Part shown: piece by piece, positions 27,204-35,106 of the stretch
Layout of the letters: each line of letters opens with the position of its first letter
How positions within the stretch are numbered: the first letter of the stretch is position 1
DNA from: a virus
Taxonomy: Duplodnaviria; Caudoviricetes
IMG/VR virus record: IMGVR_UViG_3300020045_002709
Span: 1-35,493 of that record
Strand: one strand, 5' to 3'
Length of the DNA: 35,493 bases
The notes under the pieces: model-generated
Databases searched by the model: none
Told to the model about the DNA's origin: nothing
Seen by the model: only the letters and a program-made list of their open reading frames with translations
Made by a program: the position numbers and the translations under genes

Positions 27204-27260
27204 CCCTCTCCGCTGTGCTATCGGCTACGGGCATATTAATCACTTAAAACTTGAAACAAA

Positions 27261-27569
27261 ATGAAAAAATTATCGGTTAATGGGAAGGATTTTGACGAAG
27301 TTTTTGCAGAAAAAGGAAATCCGATTTTAATCCAAAACATGATTGAAGGCAATGTGTATTTTTGGCATGACTTTGATTGCCCGCATTTAAGCTCTATTAT
27401 TAAATTCTCTGATTACCACAGAAGTGAGATATTTGTGAAATCTGGGTTATTCGATAATGGACAGGTTATCAGAAAAACATCTTATATGTTTGAATCTTAT
27501 GACATCTTCTTTGAGGCAACTCCAAATCAAATATATTTACTTAATGCTTATAAATCAGTTAAGCCATGA
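27261..27569 (+). CDS. Hypothetical protein, paralogue A
   Basis: Shares N- and C-termini with 27841-28143. Confidence 0.7.
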   Translation: MKKLSVNGKDFDEVFAEKGNPILIQNMIEGNVYFWHDFDCPHLSSIIKFSDYHRSEIFVKSGLFDNGQVIRKTSYMFESYDIFFEATPNQIYLLNAYKSVKP

Positions 27570-27844
27570 TCGAAACCTATTCAACCCTCACTGACCCCCA
27601 AAAGCGACAATTCCGCTTTGCAGTTCAACAAGCCTTCGGAGTCAAGCTACGGCAGTTCTACAACCTTGTAAGCGGGGTTACGGAAATGACTCCTGTGCAG
27701 TCCGAATTCGTAAACCGAGTACTGGCAGACATTAGCAAACCATTCGGGCATTTAAACGCCACCGTAATAACCGTAGATAAAAGCGGTAGTATTCAAAGCA
27801 TTATAGACAAATCAATCGAACAATTAAACAATTCAATCAAATGA
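27566..27844 (+). CDS. Possible Cro-like DNA-binding protein
   Basis: VQQAFGVKLRQFYNLVSGVTEMTP is HTH-like. Confidence 0.45.
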   Translation: MIETYSTLTDPQKRQFRFAVQQAFGVKLRQFYNLVSGVTEMTPVQSEFVNRVLADISKPFGHLNATVITVDKSGSIQSIIDKSIEQLNNSIK

Positions 27845-28143
27845 AAAAATCAGTAAACGGCAAAAGTTTCGATGAGATTTTTGCGGAAAGAGGGGCGCAA
27901 GTCCAAGTAGAAGAAATGAAAATCGGGGAGTATTATTTTACCGAATGTCCGACCTTTTTGATAGATTGGATTTCTATCTTTGACAAGATTGATGAAGGAA
28001 AGGTTTGGCGTATTATATCTATTGCTAATAGCGGTAATTTATACGGTAATGGATCTATTGGTATTAATGAAATTGGTGTAATTTTTACCGCCACGCCCGA
28101 CCAAATTGCCCTCCTAAACCTTTATAAATCCGAATCCAAATGA
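27841..28143 (+). CDS. Hypothetical protein, paralogue B
   Basis: Shares N- and C-termini with 27261-27569. Confidence 0.7.
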   Translation: MKKSVNGKSFDEIFAERGAQVQVEEMKIGEYYFTECPTFLIDWISIFDKIDEGKVWRIISIANSGNLYGNGSIGINEIGVIFTATPDQIALLNLYKSESK

Positions 28144-28361
28144 AAACCAAAATTGCCATTTATTTCAGTGGCGTAATTGTCGGATTAGTCCTTGGATTTA
28201 CATTTGCAATCCTTTCGCCTATCAAGGTTCAAAAGGTGTACGAAAAAACGGATGCACAATACTACTATCCTGCATACGACCCAAAGACGGACACAATCGT
28301 AACCATGCAAACTATATTAAGCTTTGAACGGTATAAATATTATAAAGTCACATTCAAATGA
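28140..28361 (+). CDS. Small membrane-anchored protein
   Basis: N-terminal TM; ATGA overlaps. Confidence 0.6.
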   Translation: MKTKIAIYFSGVIVGLVLGFTFAILSPIKVQKVYEKTDAQYYYPAYDPKTDTIVTMQTILSFERYKYYKVTFK

Positions 28362-28552
28362 AAAAGCCATTTTTAGCCGTTTTCAGCCTTCTTAGCCTTG
28401 TCGGTGTAATTGCAACCGCAGAAACCTTTGAAACCCGTCCTTTGCCATTTATTCTTTGCGTGGTGGCCTTTGTCGTATCGTCATTGTTTTGCGGTGCGAT
28501 TGAAAAGCCGAAAAAGAATGTTACGAGTAATCATGTTTATCCAAAAAAGTAA
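28358..28552 (+). CDS. Small 2-TM protein
   Basis: Two hydrophobic stretches. Confidence 0.6.
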   Translation: MKKPFLAVFSLLSLVGVIATAETFETRPLPFILCVVAFVVSSLFCGAIEKPKKNVTSNHVYPKK

Positions 28553-28556
28553 AGCG

Positions 28557-28799
28557 ATGAAGTACTTTAAAAAGATTAAATTCAATTCTGCAAAATTGGA
28601 TGATGTTGATAAACTTTATAGCCGAATATTGGATATTGCAATATGGGCACAGAATCGGTATGATTTAAGCCGTGGAAATTTTTATGCCAAACTTGGAGAA
28701 TGTGATGATGATTTGATACAAAAGAAGGAAACGCTTATCTTCTTTTATGAATCAGAGCATTTCCCATCGCATTTGCCACACAAATATTCGATGCAATAA
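28557..28799 (+). CDS. Hypothetical protein
   Basis: Probable ATG at 28557 (MKYFKK...). Confidence 0.55.
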   Translation: MKYFKKIKFNSAKLDDVDKLYSRILDIAIWAQNRYDLSRGNFYAKLGECDDDLIQKKETLIFFYESEHFPSHLPHKYSMQ

Positions 28800-28828
28800 A
28801 AATAATTCAAAAATACTTGTGTAATTAG

Positions 28829-28862
28829 TTGCATATTCAAAACCTATTGCCTACATTTGTCA
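28829..28862 (+). promoter_or_regulatory. Early promoter 2 (near copy of promoter 1)
   Basis: TTGCAT-N9-CTATTGC-c-TACATTTGTCA. Confidence 0.7.
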
Positions 28863-28883
28863 AACACTTTAAAACTCACGACA

Positions 28884-29093
28884 ATGAAACGTATCGACAT
28901 GATTCCGGCACTTGCAAGCCTAGTTATTGAATTGCAAGACGAGGGGCACAACGTAAGAATGGATTTGTTCCAACTGCACATTTGGGTTTATGCCTTCAAT
29001 GAAACATCCGCTTTGCGATTCTCAAACTTCATTACGGACGGAATGGATGAACTTTATTTGCAGACTATCAACCAACTTAACGAACTACGATAA
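28884..29093 (+). CDS. Hypothetical protein
   Basis: Probable ATG at 28884, downstream of the promoter. Confidence 0.6.
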   Translation: MKRIDMIPALASLVIELQDEGHNVRMDLFQLHIWVYAFNETSALRFSNFITDGMDELYLQTINQLNELR

Positions 29094-29227
29094 TGGCAAA
29101 GTGCAGACACGACGGAAGCGACCGATTTGATGATGGTTATTCCGAGGAAGAAGAAAGCACAGAATTGCAGGAAATGTCCGAAGCTGACAAGTACGATGAG
29201 TTTAGGGATAACAACATGGAGGATTAA
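29093..29227 (+). CDS. 44-aa highly acidic protein (not in ORF track)
   Basis: MAKCRHDGSDRFDDGYSEEEESTELQEMSEADKYDEFRDNNMED*; TAATG overlap. Confidence 0.6.
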   Translation: MAKCRHDGSDRFDDGYSEEEESTELQEMSEADKYDEFRDNNMED

Positions 29228-29249
29228 TCACTTTAAACAATAAATCACA

Positions 29250-29798
29250 ATGAAAGAAATTGCTACCGCCTTAGTTAAGGCACAGTCAGAAATGAGCAAC
29301 GCTGTAAAAGGCAGTGCAAACCCGTTTTTCAAATCCAAGTACGCTGATCTGAACTCAATCCGTGAGGCCGTTATCCCTGTGTTGAATGCTCACAACATTT
29401 CAGTCATTCAGCCGATGGTAAACATTGACGGGCACAACTTCATTAAAACCGTATTACTTCACGTATCCGGTGAATCAATCGAATCGTTTACGGAAATTAT
29501 CTACGCAAAGACCAACGATGCACAAGCACAGGGTAGCGGAATCACTTACGCACGTAGATATGGACTTCAGTCGCTTGTTTGCATTGGTGCTGATGATGAC
29601 GATGGAAACAAGGCATCCGAACAACCTAAAAAGGAACTGCCAGTAAGCATTGATTCAGCGATAACCGAAATGGGTAAGGCTAAATCCTACACCGACATTG
29701 AAGCCACATGGAAGAAGTTTATCCAATTCCAAAAAGAGCCTACTTTTATCGCTAAGTGTGTAGAAATGCAAAAAACCTACCCAAATGTCAAATCTTAA
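29250..29798 (+). CDS. erf: ERF family ssDNA annealing protein
   Basis: NPFFKSKYADL, LLHVSGE, QAQGSGITYARRYGL, DDDG. Confidence 0.93.
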   Translation: MKEIATALVKAQSEMSNAVKGSANPFFKSKYADLNSIREAVIPVLNAHNISVIQPMVNIDGHNFIKTVLLHVSGESIESFTEIIYAKTNDAQAQGSGITYARRYGLQSLVCIGADDDDGNKASEQPKKELPVSIDSAITEMGKAKSYTDIEATWKKFIQFQKEPTFIAKCVEMQKTYPNVKS

Positions 29799-30693
29799 GC
29801 AATCCCCCGTCACATTTGACGAACTGACACACTCCTACATGACACCCGATGGAAAGTATCTGTCGGGTATCACCGGAATGATTGACCGCCATATATTCGG
29901 TGGTAAATTCGCAAGCGTGAGCCGTGAATTTCTCGCACCGTATGCGGAACGTGGGCACAAAATACATACAGAACTTGAACTGTACTTCAAAGGTAATTTG
30001 TCACTTGTAGGAGTTGAAAGCGAAGAGGCTAATAGGTTTATAAATTGGTGCTTTTGCAATAAATGCTTCATGATTAAACCCGAATATACCGTATCGGATG
30101 AAAAATACTTTGCGACTCAAATAGACAACATATCTGAGGAGTTAGATTTGTACGACTACAAGACCGGAAAGGAAATGAACCTTGAATCCGTTTCGTGGCA
30201 GTTGTCAATTTGTGCCTATCTTTTCAAGAAGCAAAACGGATTTGATTGTGGCAAATTGTACGGTGTGCATCTTTACGGTGACATTTGCGAAGTTATCGAA
30301 GTTGAACGCAAAAGCGATGAAGCTATTTTAGGCTTGTTTTCAGCCGAAATAGACGGTGGTAGATACATGGACACCATTACGGACGAAAACGCTCAAATAT
30401 CGAAGCTGAATGATGTCCTGAATGAAATTAAGCGCATCAAGCAACAGGCAGACGAAGCCGAAGCTCGTAAAACCGAACTATTGGCAGGACTTGAAAAAAT
30501 TATGGACGAGAAAGGTCTGAAATCATTTGAGAACGATTTGATGAAAATCACGAAGGTAGCACCGTCTACGTCCGTAACTTTGGACACCAAGGCATTGAAG
30601 TCCGAACACCCAGAAATTGCCAAGCAATACGAACGGACTACCGAAAAGAAAGGTTTCGTAAAAATTACACTCCGTGGAAATCTATCTGACTAA
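29785..30693 (+). CDS. PD-(D/E)XK exonuclease
   Basis: HSY...LSGIT, ERG.KIH, PE, QID, DYKT, WQLS..AY; coiled-coil C-terminus. Confidence 0.8.
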   Translation: MSNLKQSPVTFDELTHSYMTPDGKYLSGITGMIDRHIFGGKFASVSREFLAPYAERGHKIHTELELYFKGNLSLVGVESEEANRFINWCFCNKCFMIKPEYTVSDEKYFATQIDNISEELDLYDYKTGKEMNLESVSWQLSICAYLFKKQNGFDCGKLYGVHLYGDICEVIEVERKSDEAILGLFSAEIDGGRYMDTITDENAQISKLNDVLNEIKRIKQQADEAEARKTELLAGLEKIMDEKGLKSFENDLMKITKVAPSTSVTLDTKALKSEHPEIAKQYERTTEKKGFVKITLRGNLSD

Positions 30694-31108
30694 ACAGAAC
30701 TTTGCCCTTTATCCCGCAACGGACGATGATGCCGAAAAGCTGATGAGGCTGAAAAAAGGTGTCGTACTCCGTTGTGAGGTGAAGCAGGCGAGGAATTACG
30801 AATTTCTGAAAAAGTACTTCTCCCTGATTAATTGTGCCTACCATTTTCTGACCGAACAAGAAACCGAGGCTTTCAACGGTGTGGATCATTTCAGAAAGCA
30901 GGTCGAAATTGCTTCGGGATGGTGTACTACGGTGTGGTCAATCAAGCGTGGCGAATACGTGGACGAAGCAAAGTCAATCAGCTTCGGCAAGATGTCGCAG
31001 GATGAATTTAATGTTCTTTACGACAATGTGAAGAACACTCTTTTTTCGATGGTGCTGAAAGGCAGGATAAGTGAAACCGACTTCATTAATGAACTTATAA
31101 ACTACTAG
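30674..31108 (+). CDS. DUF1367 family protein
   Basis: RNYEFLKKYFSL and AKSISFGKMSQDEF..LY. Confidence 0.8.
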   Translation: MEIYLTKQNFALYPATDDDAEKLMRLKKGVVLRCEVKQARNYEFLKKYFSLINCAYHFLTEQETEAFNGVDHFRKQVEIASGWCTTVWSIKRGEYVDEAKSISFGKMSQDEFNVLYDNVKNTLFSMVLKGRISETDFINELINY

Positions 31109-31110
31109 CC

Positions 31111-31380
31111 ATGTCAAAAACCAAAGGAATTATTTCAGTATCGGAAGCCGTGCTAAAAGCGTGGAATGACGAGTGCGAACAATGCCGAATCAACGGACAA
31201 AAGGAAATTATCCACATGAATACATTCGTATTTCGTGTACGTGCCTATGTTAATGGAGGCCAAGGACAAGCATACCGACCACTTGACTCGAACATACAGA
31301 GGCGTTGCAGAGAGCTTCGTGAATCGGGGCTAATAAACTACGAATATAAAGACGAAGTATATCAAGTTAAACCAATTTAA
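31111..31380 (+). CDS. Hypothetical protein, possible winged HTH
   Basis: DSNIQRRCRELRESGLI. Confidence 0.55.
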   Translation: MSKTKGIISVSEAVLKAWNDECEQCRINGQKEIIHMNTFVFRVRAYVNGGQGQAYRPLDSNIQRRCRELRESGLINYEYKDEVYQVKPI

Positions 31381-31391
31381 ACCAAAACAAA

Positions 31392-31751
31392 ATGATTACT
31401 CAGTACCAGTACGAAAAAGCGGTCGAACTGTTTAAGACAGATGAAGATTTATTTGCGGATGAGTTTTTTCAATCCAAAATCCGTGAGGCAATTTTAAAAG
31501 TTAGCGGAAGACCTCAACCACCAAAAGGAATGCACTACAAACGTGGTGCGTGGGATTACTTTTCAGAAAACGGATTATTCAATGCTTCAAACCTTATCAA
31601 CGCTTACAAGGCAGTTCGTGACAAGGTTCGCAAAATGCCTATGAATGTCCGTGAACAAATAAAAGGTCTGATAAACGAAGCGGTCAGAGAAACCATTTTA
31701 CACTATGCAGAAACGTTTCCAACAGAACCAATTAATACAGAAACAAAATGA
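31392..31751 (+). CDS. Hypothetical protein
   Basis: 119 aa in the operon. Confidence 0.6.
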   Translation: MITQYQYEKAVELFKTDEDLFADEFFQSKIREAILKVSGRPQPPKGMHYKRGAWDYFSENGLFNASNLINAYKAVRDKVRKMPMNVREQIKGLINEAVRETILHYAETFPTEPINTETK

Positions 31752-32143
31752 TCAAAATCGAAGGAATTTTCACACTTGGCAAAGATGCCGAAATTAAGCA
31801 AATCGGTGACAAACCGTATATCGTTTTTACGGGGGCATCCAATGAATCCTACATGAAGGACGGTCAGAAAGTAACCAACACAACGTGGGTTTCATTCTTG
31901 AAGTACGGAGAATCGAAAGTCTTGGACTATCTAAAAAAAGGAACGCAGGTTTTTGTACGTGGCAGTCTATCCGTGAAGCCATACGGTGAAGGTAAGATTG
32001 ACATATCGTGCAGGGTCGATGAGCTTGAATTGCTAGGCTCAAAGCAGGAAAGCGGTACACAGCAACCACCGAAGGCAGAAAAGGCCGTAGAGAGTCCGTA
32101 TGCAAGCGGAATGCCTGAACAATCAGACGATATTCCGTTCTGA
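31748..32143 (+). CDS. ssb: Single-stranded DNA-binding protein
   Basis: LGKDAE, TTW, YLKKGTQVFVRG, C-terminal DDIPF. Confidence 0.93.
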   Translation: MIKIEGIFTLGKDAEIKQIGDKPYIVFTGASNESYMKDGQKVTNTTWVSFLKYGESKVLDYLKKGTQVFVRGSLSVKPYGEGKIDISCRVDELELLGSKQESGTQQPPKAEKAVESPYASGMPEQSDDIPF

Positions 32144-32556
32144 TGTTCCGTAAAACCTATATATCCAAGTCACCCAAATCGAGTAGAGGAAAAAAGATAG
32201 CCAAACTTGATACTATCTTTTCAAAGTTTATTCGACAAAGGGACTGCACACCGATAGGTAAGTGTATTTCTTGCGGTAAACCGATAACGCTTGAAACGTC
32301 AGATGCAGGGCATTTCCACAATAGAGCTTATATGTCGCTTCGGTACGATGAGCAAAATGTCAATGCACAATGCAGGCATTGCAATAGGTTCAGAGAAGGA
32401 AATATGCAGGGATACCAAAAGGGACTTGTTGATAAAATTGGAGGAAAAGCCGTAGATATGCTTTTTATTAAGCGTTCAAACCTTTGCAAGCTATCCGAGG
32501 TTGAACTTGATTTATTGATTGACCACTATAAAAAACTACTCAAAGATGGAAAATAA
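32143..32556 (+). CDS. ninG: NinG/Rap-like recombination endonuclease
   Basis: FSKFIRQRD, CISCG, DAGHF, RYDEQNVNAQCRHCN. Confidence 0.88.
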   Translation: MFRKTYISKSPKSSRGKKIAKLDTIFSKFIRQRDCTPIGKCISCGKPITLETSDAGHFHNRAYMSLRYDEQNVNAQCRHCNRFREGNMQGYQKGLVDKIGGKAVDMLFIKRSNLCKLSEVELDLLIDHYKKLLKDGK

Positions 32557-32782
32557 GCTAGGCCAAAAATTCACCTTCCGAAAAATCCACTACATAACCA
32601 AAAAAGATACGCAGGTCGATGGTTGTATGCAATGTTGCTTCCGTTCATCTATTGGAGCGTGCAGGAAACCCGAAAAGGCAGGTGAGTGTATCGGGAAGTA
32701 TCGGACGGACGGAAAGGACACGCATTTTGAAATTGTGCCACCGGAAAAGCGGAAAGGTCGAAAAAAGTGTGTAGATTTGTAG
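32546..32782 (+). CDS. Small Cys-rich hypothetical protein
   Basis: Probable ATG at 32546; GCMQCCF...C...RTDG. Confidence 0.6.
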   Translation: MENKLGQKFTFRKIHYITKKDTQVDGCMQCCFRSSIGACRKPEKAGECIGKYRTDGKDTHFEIVPPEKRKGRKKCVDL

Positions 32783-32784
32783 TG

Positions 32785-33143
32785 AGTTTTTAAGAAGTGA
32801 TTATCTTTCAATCTGCCGGTATGTGAATATAGGCAGATACACGGGGTTGAAATTATCGGGGTGTCCCCAATGATAGGCAAGCTGATCGAACGGCAAACCC
32901 CACAATTCAGATGAACAACAACGCAGCAATTACATAGTGGCTGTGATTTGAGAGAATGAAGGAAAGTGTTACCGCAAAGCACTTAAACATAAGCGGTATT
33001 GGTCTCTGGATAAAAGAGAACACGGGATACTGCAAGGTAAGTATCAAACAGGTTCAAAGCGTTGAGCCGATTCCGTCCGGTGATGAACCGCTTTTAGACT
33101 TGCTTGTTGGGGAGTGTGTGAAATCGGACGGATTAATTTTTTT
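32785..33143 (+). ncRNA. Candidate structured non-coding RNA of about 350 nt
   Basis: Dense array of stems, one possible pseudoknot, and a long-range terminal stem with a T-tract. No convincing CDS. Strand inferred from G-U pairs and the T-tract. Confidence 0.45.
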
Positions 33144-33186
33144 GCATTTATTTTTGATTTGCGGTATCAAATGCGGAAATATGTGC

Positions 33187-33194
33187 TAAATTTG
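33187..33194 (+). promoter_or_regulatory. -7 promoter element for the replication operon
   Basis: TAAATTTG, followed by a hairpin ACCCGAT/GTCGGGT (33209-33227). Confidence 0.6.
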
Positions 33195-33255
33195 CAGTAT
33201 TCAAATAAACCCGATTAGTAGTCGGGTATTAGTTTTATTAATTTTTTAACATTGT

Positions 33256-33411
33256 ATGACCGAACAAAAAAGGGAAATAAGGCAGGACATATTCACACAG
33301 GCAGAATACGCTAGAAAGGTGAATAAAACTAGGGCATGGGTAAACCAACAGATCAAAGAGGGGAATTTAAGAACCCTAACGATTAACGGAGCAACGCTGA
33401 TTAAAGCGTAA
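33256..33411 (+). CDS. 51-aa HTH DNA-binding protein (excisionase-like; not in ORF track)
   Basis: TQAEYARKVNKTRAWVNQQIKEGNLRTLTING. Confidence 0.75.
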   Translation: MTEQKREIRQDIFTQAEYARKVNKTRAWVNQQIKEGNLRTLTINGATLIKA

Positions 33412-33447
33412 TTTTTCATTTTGTGTAAAATTTTAACATTGTAAAAT

Positions 33448-33672
33448 ATGGAATTAAGTGTAAATTTGGAGTTTTCAGAATCGCAGGATACATTCAAGTA
33501 TCAGTGTATCACACCACCGAATGAAGTCGATTTTAAGACGATTTCAAGCGATTTATCATACAGCAAGGCAATTGAATTTGTCGTTGATCTACGTGAGCGG
33601 TTTCCGCATCCTTTGCTGTATGTGAGCGTGGTGTGTCAATTTCAAGCGTGGAAACTTAAAAACAATTTATAA
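33448..33672 (+). CDS. Hypothetical protein
   Basis: 74 aa in the operon. Confidence 0.55.
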   Translation: MELSVNLEFSESQDTFKYQCITPPNEVDFKTISSDLSYSKAIEFVVDLRERFPHPLLYVSVVCQFQAWKLKNNL

Positions 33673-33902
33673 TGGAAAAGAAAACGATTGAACAGATTAT
33701 TGAAATCGAGCCAATGTTACAAAAGGTATTCGATAGAGCAAAAGAAGGATACAAAGAAGGCTTTGAAGATTGGAAATTATACACTTCATGCAAAAAAGAA
33801 GCAACACTATTGGTAGGCAGTTTTTGTAGGAATATAGATCTTGCCAATTCGCAGGATTATGTTACCGTAATTAACGAGATTACACGAATTTTAAATCTTT
33901 AG
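33672..33902 (+). CDS. Hypothetical protein
   Basis: 76 aa; TAATG overlap. Confidence 0.6.
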   Translation: MEKKTIEQIIEIEPMLQKVFDRAKEGYKEGFEDWKLYTSCKKEATLLVGSFCRNIDLANSQDYVTVINEITRILNL

Positions 33903-33904
33903 TT

Positions 33905-34276
33905 ATGGCAACATATTCTGAAAAACTTAAATACCAGAGATGGCAGGATTTAAGGCTTAGAGTGCTAGAAGAATACGACAATAGGTGCTCCGGCTGTGGT
34001 GGTAGTAATGAACTTAATGTTCATCATTTAAAATATAAGGAAGGACATGAACCTTGGGAATATAATACTTGCGATTTAACCGTACTGTGCAAGTCATGCC
34101 ATGATGTATTTCATGATAATAAAAAACGATTTGATCAAGTGTGTACCAATGGTAGACTTTTTTATTCATACGAATTTGAAAAAATAATACAGATTATTGA
34201 CGTAATGGCTAGAGTTGATACATCTAATTACGACTCAATTTTAGAGTTTGCCAAATCAAAAGATAATTCATTTTAA
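33905..34276 (+). CDS. HNH endonuclease
   Basis: CSGCG...VHHLKY...LCKSCH. Confidence 0.85.
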   Translation: MATYSEKLKYQRWQDLRLRVLEEYDNRCSGCGGSNELNVHHLKYKEGHEPWEYNTCDLTVLCKSCHDVFHDNKKRFDQVCTNGRLFYSYEFEKIIQIIDVMARVDTSNYDSILEFAKSKDNSF

Positions 34277-34287
34277 AATACATTACA

Positions 34288-35106
34288 ATGGCAAAGGATA
34301 CATATTATTTTTCGCACGATTATAGTGCAAGGTCAGACCAAAAAATTAAAAACCTTATCCGAAAACACGGCATGTTGGGATATGGAATATTCTGGTCCAT
34401 AGTAGAGGATTTATACAATAATGCGAACGCATTGCAAACGGACTACAAAGGCATAGCTTTTGATTTGCATACAACCGAAAATATTGTAAAAAGTATTATA
34501 AATGATTTTGAATTATTTGTAATTGATGAAGAATATTTTGGATCAATTTCTGTTGAAAGGCGTTTGAACGCAAGAAACGAACGGAGTGAAAGTGCCAGAT
34601 TATCAGCTATTTCACGCTGGGAGAAATATAGAGAAAATGCAAACGCAATGCAAACGCATAGCGATGGCAATGCTATAAAGGATAGTAAAGTAAAAGAAAG
34701 GAAAGGAAAAGAAATTAAAATAAACATATCGCAGGACGATATTGAAAGTGTTTATTTGGCATATCCTTCAAAGTGCCCGATTAAAAATTCATCTACAGGC
34801 AAAACAAAAACCGACAAGGATAAAATTAAATCGCTACTTTTAACCAGATCAAAGGATGAACTACTGGCAGTAATAAATTCCTACGTTGCAGACTGCAAAA
34901 AACATGATAGGTTTATCAAGAACTTTAAAACGTTCCTAAACAACATCCCAGACATAGACATATCAGAACCCGTACTAGATAAGCAAAAAGAAAGAATTTA
35001 CATTTACTATCTGCCGGGTATAGGTGAAAGAAGAGGTACGAAGGCTGAATATGATGCTGACGTAAAGCAGTACGGAAAAGATGTTTTCTTTGACAAATAC
35101 GAATAA
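34288..35106 (+). CDS. Replication initiator (DUF4373 / Lin1244-like N-terminus)
   Basis: YFSHD..ARSD.KI...GYGIFW..VE.LY; basic linker; C-terminal Y.AYP...FIKNFKTFLN. Confidence 0.8.
   Translation: MAKDTYYFSHDYSARSDQKIKNLIRKHGMLGYGIFWSIVEDLYNNANALQTDYKGIAFDLHTTENIVKSIINDFELFVIDEEYFGSISVERRLNARNERSESARLSAISRWEKYRENANAMQTHSDGNAIKDSKVKERKGKEIKINISQDDIESVYLAYPSKCPIKNSSTGKTKTDKDKIKSLLLTRSKDELLAVINSYVADCKKHDRFIKNFKTFLNNIPDIDISEPVLDKQKERIYIYYLPGIGERRGTKAEYDADVKQYGKDVFFDKYE
34636..34725 (+). repeat. Putative origin: 11-bp iterons followed by an A-rich tract
   Basis: AATGCAAACGC twice plus degenerate copies, then a purine/A-rich run; similar units at 34420-34441. Confidence 0.6.

Noticed and set aside
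33051-33068. GGTTCAA resembling a tRNA T-arm (also near 6588)
   Set aside because: No cloverleaf, acceptor stem or anticodon arm could be built.
32956-33189. 77-aa ORF as a real gene
   Set aside because: No recognisable motif or coupling to neighbours; it runs through a terminator-like stem and into the next promoter.
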